Assembly (NCBI RefSeq): GCF_006345805.1
Contig: NC_043003.1
Span: 32,178,001 to 32,242,000, forward strand
Source: Octopus sinensis
Lineage: Eukaryota
Reading direction: 5' to 3'
Length of the DNA: 64,000 nucleotides
The notes beneath the pieces were generated by a model that had not been told where the DNA came from, made no database searches, and saw only the letters and a program-made list of their open reading frames with translations. The position numbers and the translations under genes are program-made. Below, piece by piece: positions 1 to 14,400 of this stretch (positions are counted from its first letter, which is position 1; every line of letters starts with the position of its first letter).

Positions 1-3000
1 CTTCTTGAATAAATTTATATATTTTAGTTATCTACTTCTTGAAAAAATTTATATATTCATCTATCTGCATATTCATTAGTTGATTATACTGTTTGTTCAA
101 AACACATGACGTTATTTTGCTTATATAGGTTACAAGTTCACGCGTACACGTACACACTATAAACATATGTACACACTAATATATGAAAATATATGTTTAT
201 GTTTAAAGATTTTAGTGTGCACAGAAATAAAAGAGTATTGTCAGAACTGAAAGTAGAGATATATATTATATCTTAAGAAATCCTTATTTCGTGTGCCTCG
301 AAATAGAAAGTTGGTGTTTCAAATATATTCAGTCGAGATACTTGGATATCTGTACTGGATCTTATTGCATATGACTAAAAGAAGAAAAAAAAACTTATTC
401 AGTGACTTAACTGTTGACAAAAAGATAAATGAACAGATAAGAACAGAAGAGTAAAGGAAAAACGAAAAGGAAGTAAGGAAAGATGTAGAAGAAGAGATCC
501 AGCGTATATTCAAAATAATAAGATATATAATGAATATAGCAGGTATATAAGAAAAAGACAGAATGTGAGAAAGATAATTAGGAATACATGAATGAAAAAG
601 GAAAAGAAAATTTAGCGAAATGACGTAGAAAAATGAAATTAAAGGAAATATAGGAAGTGTAAATGGAACGAAGTGGAATTTTCGAAACCTGAAACCAAAT
701 ATGGATGGGCTACATGTCCACGTGGGTAAATGAAATGATATGGAAATATATATTTCAAATAGGTAATTTTTTCATTGTTTGGAAGCGATGATGCGAGTTA
801 CAAGGTGACTACAAAAACTATAATTACTCAAAGAGAAACGAAAGTGGTCATTGTTTCTCCCTATATGGATTATACACACGTGGTCACGTGCATACACACT
901 CAGCTACACATCCACATGCACACACACAAACATATAAAATATGTAAATTATAATTTATATGTCCCAGTTATTGTAATTCAGTTAGTCCAGATAATATTGC
1001 ATCACTTGATATACTTCTAACCTCTCGTCCGGAAAAATATAGTTATGTGTTTTATGTGAGTATGATTAAAAATATATCTGTATTTGTGTATGACACTGTT
1101 TGATCTGAATCTAAAAATTATCTCTATTACTTGTATTGGAGTAGCATAGATACGGTTTAAATTTGTAGCGAAGTAAATGTTAGATAATGTTAATATTTCG
1201 ATTATTTCAATAACCTTCCGAAGATATGTTTAGCTCTTCATGTTTGAAACACATAAAATAAGCACACAGTTGAAATAGATGACACTTAGGAGCAAAACTC
1301 TCGTTGGGGAAGTTTAATAAAGTCCTATAGCACTACATAACGGGGGATACTTACCAGAGATATGCTGAGTATATTGCTAGCTCTTCACTACCACTCTTCT
1401 ACGTTTTGATGGGAAATTTTAAAATTCATTTTACATTTCTCCATACAACCGTAAGCGCAAATTGAGAGTGATATTTTAGAGCTGCAATACACTTAATCCT
1501 ATTTTGGTTCTTTCGAAAATAAATAGTAACAAAATAGTGTTACTAAAAATATAACAGATTAAACATAGCATATAATATCTTACTTCACCATTTGTGAATT
1601 TCCGATTAGAAGTTAGCAGAAAATCGTTTGCATTAACAAAACGTGTCCTATTTAGATACACTGTATCATTACGCTCAGTTACTCTATCATTGGTTTGTTA
1701 TGAAGATATTTCCTTATTGTGTAAAAACTAACAATCATATCTTCAAATTATTATATAAGTGCCTACAGCTCAGATGACACTAGAAATGCCGAATAATAGA
1801 TATAAAGAAACAGCAAAACCAGACCACTGTGAAGAAATGTCATGTACATTGAACCGTCTGATAATTGAAGAAATTTGAAAGCCATCTTGATAATTGAAGC
1901 ATTTCTATGAATCGTGATATTACAAATCCTTCGTCACTGTCAACCGCAGGCAAAATCTACGTTGCTGGAATTCTGAATGATTAATAATAAAATGCATTCA
2001 AAAACCCAGTACAAGATAATTTTCTTTCTAGCTTCAGACTAAAATGTTAGTTTGTTTTCTTCCTAAACAAAGATTAAACAAAGTCTATTACTAGAGTTTC
2101 CCAGCGTAGTTCTGTTAAGTAAAATGAGTTACATTAACCAGAAGATATGTTTATTGGGTGATGTTTCCAAGTATTAACTCATTTAATCATTTGTTTAATG
2201 TGTTACAAAGTGTAACCTGAGATGTGCTGAACACAGTCACTTTCAGGAATATTACGTATTGTAATCTATTTATTTCTTATTAAAGCTATTAACATACTGC
2301 TGTACACTTTCTTATCAAGCTCTTATTGCGAGAATGTCTATTCAGTTCGTAACCACTCAGGGTTTGATGTGAGAGTACGATTATTCAGTGGTATATTTAT
2401 TCTTTGCCTTGAATCTACCCATGTATAAAGTCTCCTCTGCGTTTGTAACGCGATTAAAATTATTGCTCTTTGTACTTTAGACAAGTTTCTACTGTTAATA
2501 CTTCTTCGTTTCGATCGTGCACGCTTGCAGTTTGGTATCTCGAACTATGACTGTGCTTGTGAGTCTATGTATTCCCATCATATAATTTTTTCTATTAATT
2601 TTCCTGTGAATTGTATTCATCTGATTTTACAGTAGTTTACGTGTGTTCGAAACATGCTCTTTGTAGAACGTAGGGACATATCAGTTGCTACTTCTTTTAT
2701 AATTCTTCCTTCAGTAGAAATAAAATCATAATCAATCAATTGTAAAAGAGAAAGCAAAGATTTTCGAAAAGAAAAAAAAAGAGGCTCATGACAGGCCTTT
2801 TTGTTTTTTGCCATATTTATTGGAGTAGACATCCATGCGGTCTGAAGTCTTCTGTTCGCAAAATAATCTAATAGAGAACACTGTTGATCCAGTAAAACTT
2901 GGTAAATGTCCAATTTAAGTGAAGCGGTCTCAAAGCACGTCCTTTCACGGTCAGAAAATAATAAAATAAAAAACATCGTTATTACTGGGTTAGTATTGTA

Positions 3001-5029
3001 TTTTTACATCTCCCACTACACCAACCCTTACTATGATCATTATCTTTATTATTGGTGCTGCTGTTACTTTATTTTCGAGAGAGTAGAAATACCAAACTAA
3101 ATGTATCAGATAGCACATAATTTAGAGATAATTCGATTTTCCTTTTGAAATAATGTTCAGCAATATATTGTAAATGATAAGCTCAAATACACACTAATAT
3201 TCTGGCATTCACCAAGGGTATTTCAATTCTTCAGTCCCTATAGGGGCCCCATCATCGTTTATGTTTAATCAAAAGTACGCGTTTCAGCATATATTTAATT
3301 TAATATGGCGTCGCTTATTTATTGGAATCAGAGAAAAGGGAGGAGAAGGGGAGTATGCATAAAAGAGAAGAGGTACGATGTGCCTTCAGTAACAAGGAAC
3401 GGAAAAGAAGGCATATGATTTCTTCTCCACTCATTTAAATAGTACATTGCTGAGTTTACTCTTATAAAGAAAAACCAACGGCACAGTCGCAATCAACAAA
3501 ACACCACCACGAGAATGTTAGTGCTAGCGGTATTAAAGATGGCAGCGAAGACAATAGTTGTAGAAGTGTTTTGTGGCTGTGAAAAATAACGCATCATTAC
3601 TACCACTAGCACCACTACCTCCCTTACTATAGACAGTGGTAACATCAAAGACAGCATTAACATCAAGAGCAAATGCAACATCAACGTGTTCCGATATTCA
3701 TTTTAGTCGGAGCCGCCAGATTTATTTATTTATTTATTTGTTTACTGGCTTAGGCAGAGAAGAACGAGAGGGCTCCTATGTTTTGTATTTGTCTTTCAAG
3801 ACCGGTGATAAGAGGGCAGGAAGTCATCTTAAGTTTGAAGGTCTGACACGCATCTTAGCATCAGAAGGGGTTTTCCTAGTAAAAGTACCCCCAAAACCAT
3901 GTTCAATCGGGTGACGGGTTAGGTCACCCTCGAAAATACAAAGAACAATAGATTGGACGCAAGAAACGTGAGACAAATAGATATTATTATGACTTAGTTA
4001 AAGATTACATGTCGTTATGATGGAACTTATGAACAGATGGAATGTAATGTAGTTGTACAGAAAGAAGAAGAGTACATGTTCGAGATCTAGTAACCTAATT
4101 TCTCTCACTCAGGTATATAGAGCAGTGAAGTTAAGATTCGTCTCACAATTCTAAACAATGAGGTACTCCATTGTTCTGTCTAATCCTCATTTACACGAAA
4201 TTGCAAGTGACTAAGTAGGAAGTGAAAGATGTTGCACAAGAAATGCACTTCTCTTAACTGGTGCTCAGCATTATGGAGGAACATCAACACTCTCTCGTCA
4301 GCGTGATACAATTCTTTCTAAGTAAACTGCTCAAGATAAGCTTAGATATCGTGCTCCAGGTCGAATTAGGAAACGGAAAAGATTTCCGGCTAGAAAAATC
4401 TCCAAAGCGACACCTATTTCCCGTTATGATCGTTGGTAGATGATTCAAGTACCCCATTTAAGAACCTTCTTTCCTCAGCAGAGGCTAAGGCAACCTAGAA
4501 CCAAGCCACTATAGCATCAGCTGTAGAAATATAATCGATATAACAACAAAGCAGTAGTAATAAGGTTGGCAAGAAGAAAGATTGGAGCATGATCATGAAT
4601 ACATACCATTGTCAAGTTAAAAAGGATAGATGTAAGAACTAGTATATCTATCTCCGGTATGTAAGGCAATTACTACAAAAGCAATTACAACAACAAGGGC
4701 GCTTACTAAAGCCTAAATAAAGTAGGAAAATCACTCCCAAGAAAAAAGCTTCAAATACAATCGATAAACTAAACAGTAAAACCCCAGGAAAATAAACGAG
4801 TAAGTCAAAGATAATCTGCATCTACGATTACAATACCAAAAGTGTAGCAAGGAAGTCTTTACGTGAACGATCAATTTACTAGTACTTGTTGAAAAATAAC
4901 ATTACACGACAATACCTACCCTAGGTTACTGCCTGTTGCTCGCCAAGTATTTATTACCTAGATGACATCAAAATGATAATAATAGTAATAAAATAGGTTA
5001 GTATTAATTCTTTCTATTATAGGCACAAA

Positions 5030-5210
5030 GTCTGATATTTTTCGTGTGGGATGGAGCTAGTGATTTCCTAGATATGGGTGCTAGGACCTATTCCATCGGC
5101 CCCGAAAGGATGAAAGGCAAAGTCTACCACAGCAGAATGTGAACTCAGAGCATAAAGGCGGATGAAGTGACGCTAGGCACTTTAGCTCGGCGTGTTTACG
5201 ATTCTGCCTT
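5030..5210 (-). mobile_element. tRNA-derived SINE, family A (degenerate)
   Basis: Contains CCCGAAAGGATGAAAGGCAAAGTC and GAACTCAGA, shared with the copies at 29128-29526. Confidence 0.75.
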
Positions 5211-5289
5211 AGGTAAGGAATAATAATAAAAAAGAAACGGTGACTTGAAATTCAATTTGAAATATTCAATAACAATAGATGCAATAAAT

Positions 5290-6480
5290 GAATGACACAG
5301 AAAAGAACATCAAAGATAGTACAACATAAGACACACATGGCTGCAGGTAGGTAGAGAAAGGATAAGCCAAAAAATTAAAAGCAATATCATGTAAGAGAAG
5401 TAAATAGTAACAGGGAATACACCAATAAGAGCAGAACAAGTTGTCTAGAAATAAAGAACGGGAACTTTACCAACAGCTGAACAATAAGAATGAACATAAG
5501 GGAAATGAATGACATGCCAAATGTTAAAATAGCAAGGGAATTCTGGTTAGATATCTGGAACGAAGATATTGAAATTAACAGATGCAGACTGTTTGTAGAA
5601 ATAGAAATATGAAATGGAAAATAGCTCAATACAATAGAATATATAGTTGCAGGTAAGAAAACGAAAAAGATGCTTTAGGCAATACCAAACTGGAAAGTCT
5701 CTGGACCAGATGATGTTCAAAAGCTTTTAAAAACTATTTATGTATGCACAACCATATAACTCGTTTGTTATTTTCTGTTTTGAAAACGGAACACCAACCC
5801 GGAGAACAAAAAGAGAAATAGTGCTCATACACGAGGGCATAGGAAAAATCCAAGTCAGTAATTATAGGTTTATTACGTGCTTATCGGTACTCTGGAATTT
5901 ATTAATTGGCCTCATAGCAGATGAAGATTATAACCTTCCGAAAAACGAAAATCTATTAATAGAGGATCAAAAGGGATGCAGAAAGAAGTCAAGGGGTACT
6001 GCTGATCTGTTGTATATCGATAGTATGATATGAAGTGAGATACAAATAAGAAAGAACTTAGTTGTTTGATGGATAGACTAAAAGGAAACTTACTATAATA
6101 TTCCATACACTTTGGTTGTAGATTCCATGAGAGCATGCTGGATAAATGAGAAAATAAAGAACTCATTTGAAAGTTGAACTAAAATGCGCATATGAATCGT
6201 TAAGAAACATGAAAATACACAGAAAATATTCCAGGGAGACTCGCAGTCCCTCTATTACTTTTCGTCCTTGTGTCAACCCTTTCGACAACTATATTGAAAA
6301 AAATCCAGGTCAGCCTATAACCTTCCCAAAACAATGGTGGAAATAAGTCATCTGCTATATATACGTCACCACAAACTTGGACGGAAAACGAAAAAGACCT
6401 GGATTCTCCAATCCAAACAGTAAGACCATTTATCAATGTACTGGTATGCTGTTTTAGGTTAAAGAATTTGGAGTTTATTT
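5290..6480 (+). mobile_element. Decayed R4/Dong-like non-LTR retrotransposon fragment (reverse transcriptase region)
   Basis: Frameshifted translations give QNKLSRNKERELYQQLN, EFWLDIWNE, IPNWKVSGPDDVQ, NYRFITCLSVLWNLLIGLIADEDY, EDQKGCRKKSRGTADLLYID and IFQGDS (6226-6243), in the order of RT subdomains of restriction-like-endonuclease LINEs. Many stops and frameshifts. Confidence 0.75.
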
Positions 6481-6609
6481 ATGGAGAGAGAGAGAGAGTG
6501 AAAGATTTATTCTGACTATAAAATTTACTACTGATGTTTCTCATAGATCGATGTGAAATAATGACGGACAAATGTATCTAAGGTTATTGCAGGGTGATAA
6601 AATAATATT

Positions 6610-6745
6610 TTCTGTTATAGGCAGAGGGCCTGCAATTTTGGCAGAGGAGGTAAGTCGATTACATCGACCTCAGTGATCAACTGATGCTTATTTTATCGAC
6701 CCCAAAAGAATGAAAGGCAAACTCGACCTCACAGGAATTTGAAGC
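6610..6745 (-). mobile_element. SINE family A fragment
   Basis: TTTTATCGACCCCAAAAGAATGAAAGGCAAACTCGACCTC matches the family A core. Confidence 0.75.
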
Positions 6746-6850
6746 CTGCTCAACGGTTAAATAATGAAAACCGATATGTTACTAAAGGGAGCTAAAGAAG
6801 AATTAAAATGGTGAAAGAGACAAAGAGAGAGAGAAAGAAGAAGAAGAAGA

Positions 6851-6897
<47 letters not shown>

Positions 6898-7405
6898 AGG
6901 TAAGCGGAAGGGCGATATATTGTTTGAACAGGAGGAAACTGGACAAGTATACAAAAGACAATTAGTTGATAAACCGTTGGTGAAAAGCAATATCCAGTCA
7001 TAATTTGAAACGTGTAGTCTCCAAATAAGTAGGGTCGTGCTGACCTCACCCGTCCATATGCTTTATGAACGCAACACTTTTCAATAAGAGGATTGTAAAA
7101 GTGGTTGGAATCACAGGATTCTCGGATATTGTCTAAGTCACGATGTCTCACCCGTATGGTAATAGTTTGCTCTCATTTGTATGATTGTTAGTGTATATGA
7201 GGCGTTTTCATTTGCAATTCTTTTAATGATACGTAGATACCAATATACACATGCATTTTAGTTGTTCAATCTAAATATTCATCATGCTTTAACATATTCT
7301 TCATATTGGTTTTCGTCGTGGTTTGGTGACAAAATGTCTCCTCAAACCTCAAGAATCTTTCTTGGGATCTTGCAGCATACAGGATAATACTTTTCTCCAG
7401 GGAGC

Positions 7406-7441
<36 letters not shown>

Positions 7442-7486
7442 TATTATTATTATTATTATTATTATTATCATCATCATCATCATCAA

Positions 7487-7554
<68 letters not shown>

Positions 7555-7581
7555 TATTATTATTATTATTATATCATCATC

Positions 7582-7619
<38 letters not shown>

Positions 7620-7634
7620 TATATCATCATCATC

Positions 7635-7666
<32 letters not shown>

Positions 7667-7674
7667 CATTATTA

Positions 7675-7749
<75 letters not shown>

Positions 7750-7753
7750 CATT

Positions 7754-7852
<99 letters not shown>

Positions 7853-8189
7853 GTTATTATCATCATCATTATTATTATTATATTATTATTATATTATTAT
7901 TATTATTATTATTATTGTTGTTGTTGCTGTTGTTGTTGCTGTTGTTGTTTTTGTTGTTATTCTTGTTGTTGTTGTTTTTCTTCTTTTTCTCTTTAATCTA
8001 TGAAGATGTCCTTTCTTTTTAAGTGTATACCGTATATACTAACATTTTTTTTCATTTTGTTATATGTTAATTCCCACACTTTATGTCTGTCCTTGTATTG
8101 CCCCCTCACCCTTTGCCTTTGTGGCAAATACATGAAATTATTATTATTATTACTATTATTATTATTATTATTATATTATTATTATTATT

Positions 8190-8230
<41 letters not shown>
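7406..8230. repeat. Compound trinucleotide microsatellite (ATT/ATC/ATCATT/GTT/TTC blocks)
   Basis: Directly visible; source of the poly-I/Y/L/H ORFs 7323..8003 and 7672..7869. Confidence 0.95.
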
Positions 8231-8232
8231 GA

Positions 8233-8430
8233 AGGCGGCGAGCAAGCAGAATCGTTAGTAAGGAATGCTTAGCAGCATTTCGTCCGTCTTTACGTTCTTA
8301 TTTCAAATTCCACTGAGGTCAACTTTACCCTTCTTTCTTTCGGGGGTCGATAAAATAGGTACCAGTTGAATACTGATGTCGATGTAACCGATTTATCCTC
8401 TTCTTGTCCTTGTGGCAAAATTTGATAAAA
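8233..8430 (+). mobile_element. SINE family A, near full length
   Basis: Head AAGGCGGCGAGCAAGCAGAATCGTTAG, B-box-like TTCAAATTCC, core TTTCGGGGGTCGATAAAATAGGTACCAGTT, tail GTGGCAAAATTTGA. Confidence 0.85.
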
Positions 8431-8464
8431 CATTATTGTTATTATCACGGTCATTATTTCTCTT

Positions 8465-8683
8465 TCTCCACCTCCTCCTCCTCCTCCTCCTCTTCCTACT
8501 ACTAGTTTTAGTATTATTACTACTACAACAAGCACTAACATCTGCTGCTGCTGCCGCTACTACTGATGTTGTTATCGCTTCTGCTACCGCTACTATTAAT
8601 ATGTTTGTCGTCGTCACCATCATCGTCATCATCATCATCATCATCATCATCATCACCATTGTCGTTGTCGTTGTCATCATCCC

Positions 8684-8723
<40 letters not shown>

Positions 8724-8750
8724 TTCATCATCAACATCATCACCGTCCAT
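8465..8750. repeat. Compound trinucleotide microsatellite (CCT/ACT/GCT/ATC/GTC)
   Basis: Directly visible. Confidence 0.9.
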
Positions 8751-9209
8751 ATAACTATAAATCTACTACATCCTACTGCAGGAAGCGATCTTCTTCTTTG
8801 CTATGACTGTTAATTTTTAACGAATTTATAATCAGAGAAAAATGTTACCATCTCTGCTAACAGAGTCTTCATAATGGCAAACTAGAAGCAATAACATGAA
8901 GCAGAGGCAGCAGCGACAGCAATAGCAACAGTAGTAGTTTATTGATGCCATGAAATTACTGTAGAAATGCAGCAACGCCACTAGCAGTTGCACTATCGGC
9001 AATGGATGCTGTTAAGTAAAATGCATGTTGCATGTCAGGAGTTGCCTGCTTCAGACAAAAGCTGCCATTGTGTTGAGGAATTCGGTCATAGTATTAATAT
9101 TCTTATACGAACACGTTCTATACATGTTGAAGGCTACCTCCACTACCACAACTTAACGCCAACCATTACCACTAATCTACTACACCGTGACTACCAGAAC
9201 GACTTCAAT

Positions 9210-9556
9210 TAATGCTACGAACATTATATACTTACAACTATCACCACAACTACAACTATCACCACCACCGCCACTGCCACTGCCGCCGCCACCATCACAA
9301 CCGCAACCAATGCATCAAGAGCAAAAACACCTATCACCACAACTGCAACCTCCACTACCACCACCAACACCACCATCAAAACCGCAGCCAACACCACCAT
9401 TATCATAACCGGAACCAATGCAACACTAACAAAAACAACTATCACCACAACTACAACCTATACTACCACCACCATCACAACCGCAGCCAACACCGCCACT
9501 ATCACAACCGCAACCAATGCAACAATAGCAAAAACAACTATCACCACAACTACAAC

Positions 9557-9587
<31 letters not shown>

Positions 9588-9960
9588 ACCATCACAACCG
9601 CAGTCAATACCACCACTACCACAACCGCAACCAATGCAACAATAACAAAAACAACTATCACCACAACTACAGCCTCCACTACCACCACCATCACCACCAT
9701 CACAACCGCAGCCAACACCACCACTATCACAACCGCAACCAAAGCAGCAATAACAAAAACAACTACCGCCACAACTACAACCACCACTACCACTATCACC
9801 ACTACCAACAACAACAACACCATCACAACTGCAACCAATACAACAATAACAAAACAACCATCATTGCGACTACAACCACCACCATAATCACAACCAATGC
9901 AACAGCAAAACAATTATCACCACAACTATAACCACCACCACAAAAACTCATCACTACCAC
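9210..9960 (+). repeat. Higher-order CAC/CAA-rich minisatellite, about 6-7 units of 96-117 bp
   Basis: The motif ATCACAACCGCAACCAATGCA recurs at about 9294, 9402, 9501, 9618, 9726 and 9822. Confidence 0.85.
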
Positions 9961-10105
9961 TACCAACGCAAGAACTATCATCTCTACTTCTATACAGCAT
10001 CACTACCATATCAACATCCATCATAAACTATACACAACCAAGACTATTTAAAAATTGTCACCACCACTTACCCACAATTTTCACCACTACCATAATTTAG
10101 CACTA

Positions 10106-10156
<51 letters not shown>

Positions 10157-10571
10157 GTAGTCATTGCTCTTGCCACTGCTTCTGCTGATTTTGCTGCTGC
10201 TACTGCTGCTGCTTCTGTTGTTGCTGCTGCTACACTGCAACCATCTCCACTCGAAAACCATTCTCTCACATGAATTAATCACCAACGCATCACCGCAATA
10301 TCTTTATTTGGTCTTATTGGAAGATCCGCATCAGTTGTGATTGTAGAGATCCACACAGAAGTGCCAGTTTCGGCGGCAGTTCTGGTGCTGGGTTTTCGTC
10401 AGTTTTACTGTATGTCCAAACCATGTCTTTTTTAAACTCTTGCGTGATCAAAGTTCCAGTGGGAACAATCACATGCAATGCTCTGCCAGCATTTAACATA
10501 GAGGTAAACAGACACCGTGCCTCTTTTGCCAAAGTCCATTTACCAGAACATTTCTTTCGAATCCTCCAAAC

Positions 10572-10945
10572 CAATGTTTCTCAACCACTTTTTATCTACG
10601 GACCCCTTTGATTAGTATTTTATTTTTGTGGACCCATAAGCCCGTAGATGTTTAAAAACTAGTTTTATAGAAACTTCTTTTAAAATTGCTATTAACATTA
10701 ACATTAGCATGTATTAATTAAAATTAACACATTAACATTAATATGTGTAGATTGAACCGTGTAAAATGTTAGAGAAAGAAACTTAGCTGTTTCTTGTAAT
10801 ATATACCAACACACACATCTAAACATTTTTTCAGCGTCCATAAAATACTATTGTGAATCCCCAATTTACTATTTTCTTACGTGAACCCCCAAAAAATTTT
10901 ATATGGGCCCAGAGGGAACATATGAACCCCGTTTGAGAGCAATTG
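10572..10945. mobile_element. Old hAT-type (Charlie/Tip100-like) MITE
   Basis: Ends CAATGTTTCTCAACC and GTTTGAGAGCAATTG are degenerate versions of a CAGTGGTTCTCAA-type TIR. The putative 8-bp flanks (CTCCAAAC/ATCTAATC) match at 5 of 8 positions. Confidence 0.55.
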
Positions 10946-11214
10946 ATCTAATCTGTCATACGGAGTACGTGGCTCCCCAGTGGAGACCGTTGGAGAAGTA
11001 TGAAGAAACCCGAATCTAATTACCATGGATAGTTAGTTTACAATCCTTCTCATACTAGAAGCTGGTAGGCGTTACGTCGACGTTTTTGTCGTCGTAGATG
11101 TTCCAAGTGTCACTGCTGTCAAGCCGTGTACTGAGGTGGCATATTTCATAGAATGCAAAATTTGTGTGCACTGTCATCTTGCTGACAAATCAGGGTCTCT
11201 TTGTTAAACTCGCA

Positions 11215-11318
11215 ACTTCCTCCCCTTCCTCCTCTTCTTCCTCCTCTCTCCTCAACCCGCTCCCCTTCCCTTCCCCCTCCCCTCCTCCTCATCCGCCTAC
11301 TGCTGCTGCTGCTGCTGT

Positions 11319-11416
<98 letters not shown>

Positions 11417-11437
11417 TACTACTACTACTACTACTAC
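11215..11437. repeat. (TCC)n/(GCT)n/(ACT)n microsatellite
   Basis: Directly visible. Confidence 0.9.
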
Positions 11438-14400
11438 ATCAAACTCTAATTTCGATCACCGGCGATCATGTTTTCGACCGGGTAACAGTTAATATAATCA
11501 TTCTAATACATCGACCAATATTACTAGCATTACTGGCAAGAACAACGCCATATCTAACTCAAATAATAACCAGACTTTCTTTCCCACGTTATATCGCACT
11601 TTCTATGTAATTATAGGTGATAATGTAATGTACATATCCCTAAAATGTCTGTCGGACACCGCTGGGATGTATTTGATTATAGGTCTGTTCCATCAAATTT
11701 GATATGGCACCAACAACAATAACAAAAGAACATAAACAATCATCATCACCACCAACAGCAACTCGACCACTGCCAACGACGCGAAGAGCAACAACACCAT
11801 TCTCTGTACTATCAGCCTGTTTTATCTCTACGCCTGTAACATTTTCCTCAATAGCCACAGCGGAGCCAGACAAAGTGGATTCTGTTAAAACACCAAAGAC
11901 TCTTCCCCCCTGTACCTATTGTTGATGGCATGTATCGCAGTATTGCTAATAGTTGATGACTGATGCCGGAATATTCTTGATCGTGGAGTGGGTTCAACCT
12001 ATTTAAATTGTTACACAACACCTTGTTCTATCCAGATGGTGTTCCATTGATTAGTGGAATTTCAGTTGTGCACTTCATTACTATTGCTTTCGTAGTGATG
12101 CTACTTCTGTTCTCCAGTCCTAAGCTATCTTTCATAAGGTGTATGGAGTGTGAAAAACACTTTTTAAAGCCTTACCAGTTACTTCTTGCAAGCCTAGCGA
12201 TGTCATATGGACTTTCTTATGACTTGTCTGTCCAGAAATCGGGTTGCTGTATGTAGTGTTGTTGATGTTGCTGTTGCTACTGCTGCTGTTTAACAAAAAA
12301 TAACTACTATAATGCAGACCCTGATCAAAACCGTTCCAGACGTGAACATACCGCATTTTCCCTTTGAGTTGGATATTCAAGATCACTTTATCCAACATGT
12401 ACTTTTTTAAGACGGAAGGGTAGCATCTGAGAGAGTTGGTAATGATTCTTATATCAGATGAGTAACAATTGAGCAACTACAGACAGCAATCTCTTTGGTT
12501 CTTCACAGTAATCGCAGCGTAACTGAAATCAATATCAATTAATGCAGACTAGAAACCAAACTGTGATTCCGATTCACGAGAGTGCTTTCCATTTTCGTCC
12601 GTTACCAGGAAAATTGCACCACTAAACGTTGTGTAAATCATTTAGGAGAGACAAAGGAATTCATTTTGTGCTCTCTCAAACTATAAAAAGGACATCAAAT
12701 TTTCGCTCAAAATACCTTTTGTCGAACCATGTAAATAAGAGGACATTAGGCAATGCAGTCACTAAAAAGCGAAGAGAAACAGTATGCTCGCAGCTTAACG
12801 CCTGAAATCATAGGTGAGATGGATCAAGGCTGACCTGGGGTTAAATAAAAGCAGTATTGAATATCTCGAGCACATTGAGATAGTTCAGCAATGAAAGAAT
12901 ACATCCAGTCTGTTACTATATTGGCAGTATTAGTAAAGCTTATTTTCAGTCATGCGAGACCATATCAAAAGTGCTATAAGTATTAATGCACAGCAATTTC
13001 AATTTTAAACACTGAGCACGCGCTTACAACTTAGATAGCCACCGTTTCCTCTCCGCACACAGAAATTTTAATTTTGTAAATAATTCTAATAGTTTAGGTT
13101 TAGGTAATTGCTTATGGAAAAGCATTTTCGTTTCCTAATATATTTTTAAAAGTAGGTTTTTCATAAAAACGTAAGAGAAACTTCAAATTTCAAAATATAC
13201 TCATAAAACCTAGTAACAAAATTAAATTTTAAAAAATAATCTCAACTTTAACGAGATTTTTTAGTTGCTGAGTGAGGGAAAACTGTTGCATCATGAGATG
13301 GATATAGCATGAACGTTTTTCATGCTATGTAAACAGCGGTAAAGTAATCACCCATTTGTTTGTTTGTTTTTATATTCGCCTTTATAGTTTGACGTGCTGA
13401 AAATGATGTTTTACATGAATATGTTGATGACAAAATAATTAGGATTGCTTTTCTAAGAATTTTGAACGCATTAAAATTTTGTGAAAAGTAAAGTGACATT
13501 CAAAATTTCATCAACAGATTCCGTAAATTGTTTTACGAAACTAAAGCTTAATCCTACTATATGGAGGTACCATTAACGGTAAACGAGACTAATTCTCATA
13601 AATTTATCTTGCACGAAACACTTTTGAAACTTAGTTATTTTATATATTTTCTCATGTGTTTTGTGGAATATTATAGACCATATCTCACTTGATTCCCCTC
13701 GAAAACAGAATGCAATAATAGTTGATTGTGCTGATGACGTCACATCAATGCCTTTGTTCTGGAATTTGGTTTTCTATCCACATTCATTTTCACGACTGTC
13801 CTTCACAATATTTCTGCTTGTAGCTGATAATTTGAGAGCTGTTTTATATTCAAAGTCCATCACGTCACTTAAACTCCTGAGGTATGTCACTGCCGACTGG
13901 CATTTCGTAATTTCACACTGTGATAGACAAGTAAACAATTTCCAAGACTCTTGCTGGCTTACTCCGAGAATACTTTGTAAAAGTATTAAAAAACAACGCT
14001 ACCAACACAAGAACATTAATAGCCTCAGCAGTACACCGCCACCAGCAACGCTCCACTACCAGCAACCCCACCACAAGCAATGCCACGACCAGTAGGCCAC
14101 CACCACCAACCACTACCATCAATGATAACAGAAACGCTTGCAACATCATCAAGAAAAATACAAGAGTCCGTTTTACGAGCACCACACTCGTATAACGTAA
14201 CGTTACAAACACATGCACTGTTTTCTTGGTTACAGAACACTTCAGAATTTAGTCTACAAATTCATGTAAAAGACAAATGTCTCTAAGCAATGACTTTCAT
14301 AACTCTCATATAGGATGGTCATACGTGAGGCCATCTGTCATACAGAAGCTATAAGAACTACAAGGTATTGTGGCTAAGGTTATTTCTGTACCGATTAAGG

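Noticed and set aside
1355-1398. 44-nt minus-strand micro-exon (AG...GTAAGT, KSGSEELAIYSAYL)
   Set aside because: GTAAGT is expected many times by chance in 64 kb; no supporting neighbouring exons.
1400-2600. Possible single-exon membrane-protein gene
   Set aside because: Manual translation shows frequent stops in every frame checked on both strands.
6990-7150. Faint CR1-like C-terminal motif
   Set aside because: Too degraded to support a call.
7323-8813. Long homopolymeric ORFs (poly-I/Y/L/H/D/M)
   Set aside because: Open frames arise automatically from trinucleotide microsatellites; no unique coding sequence.
10345-10392. CUGACGA...GAAAC on the minus strand
   Set aside because: The intervening 24 nt do not form stem II adjacent to the core; no stem I or UH site.
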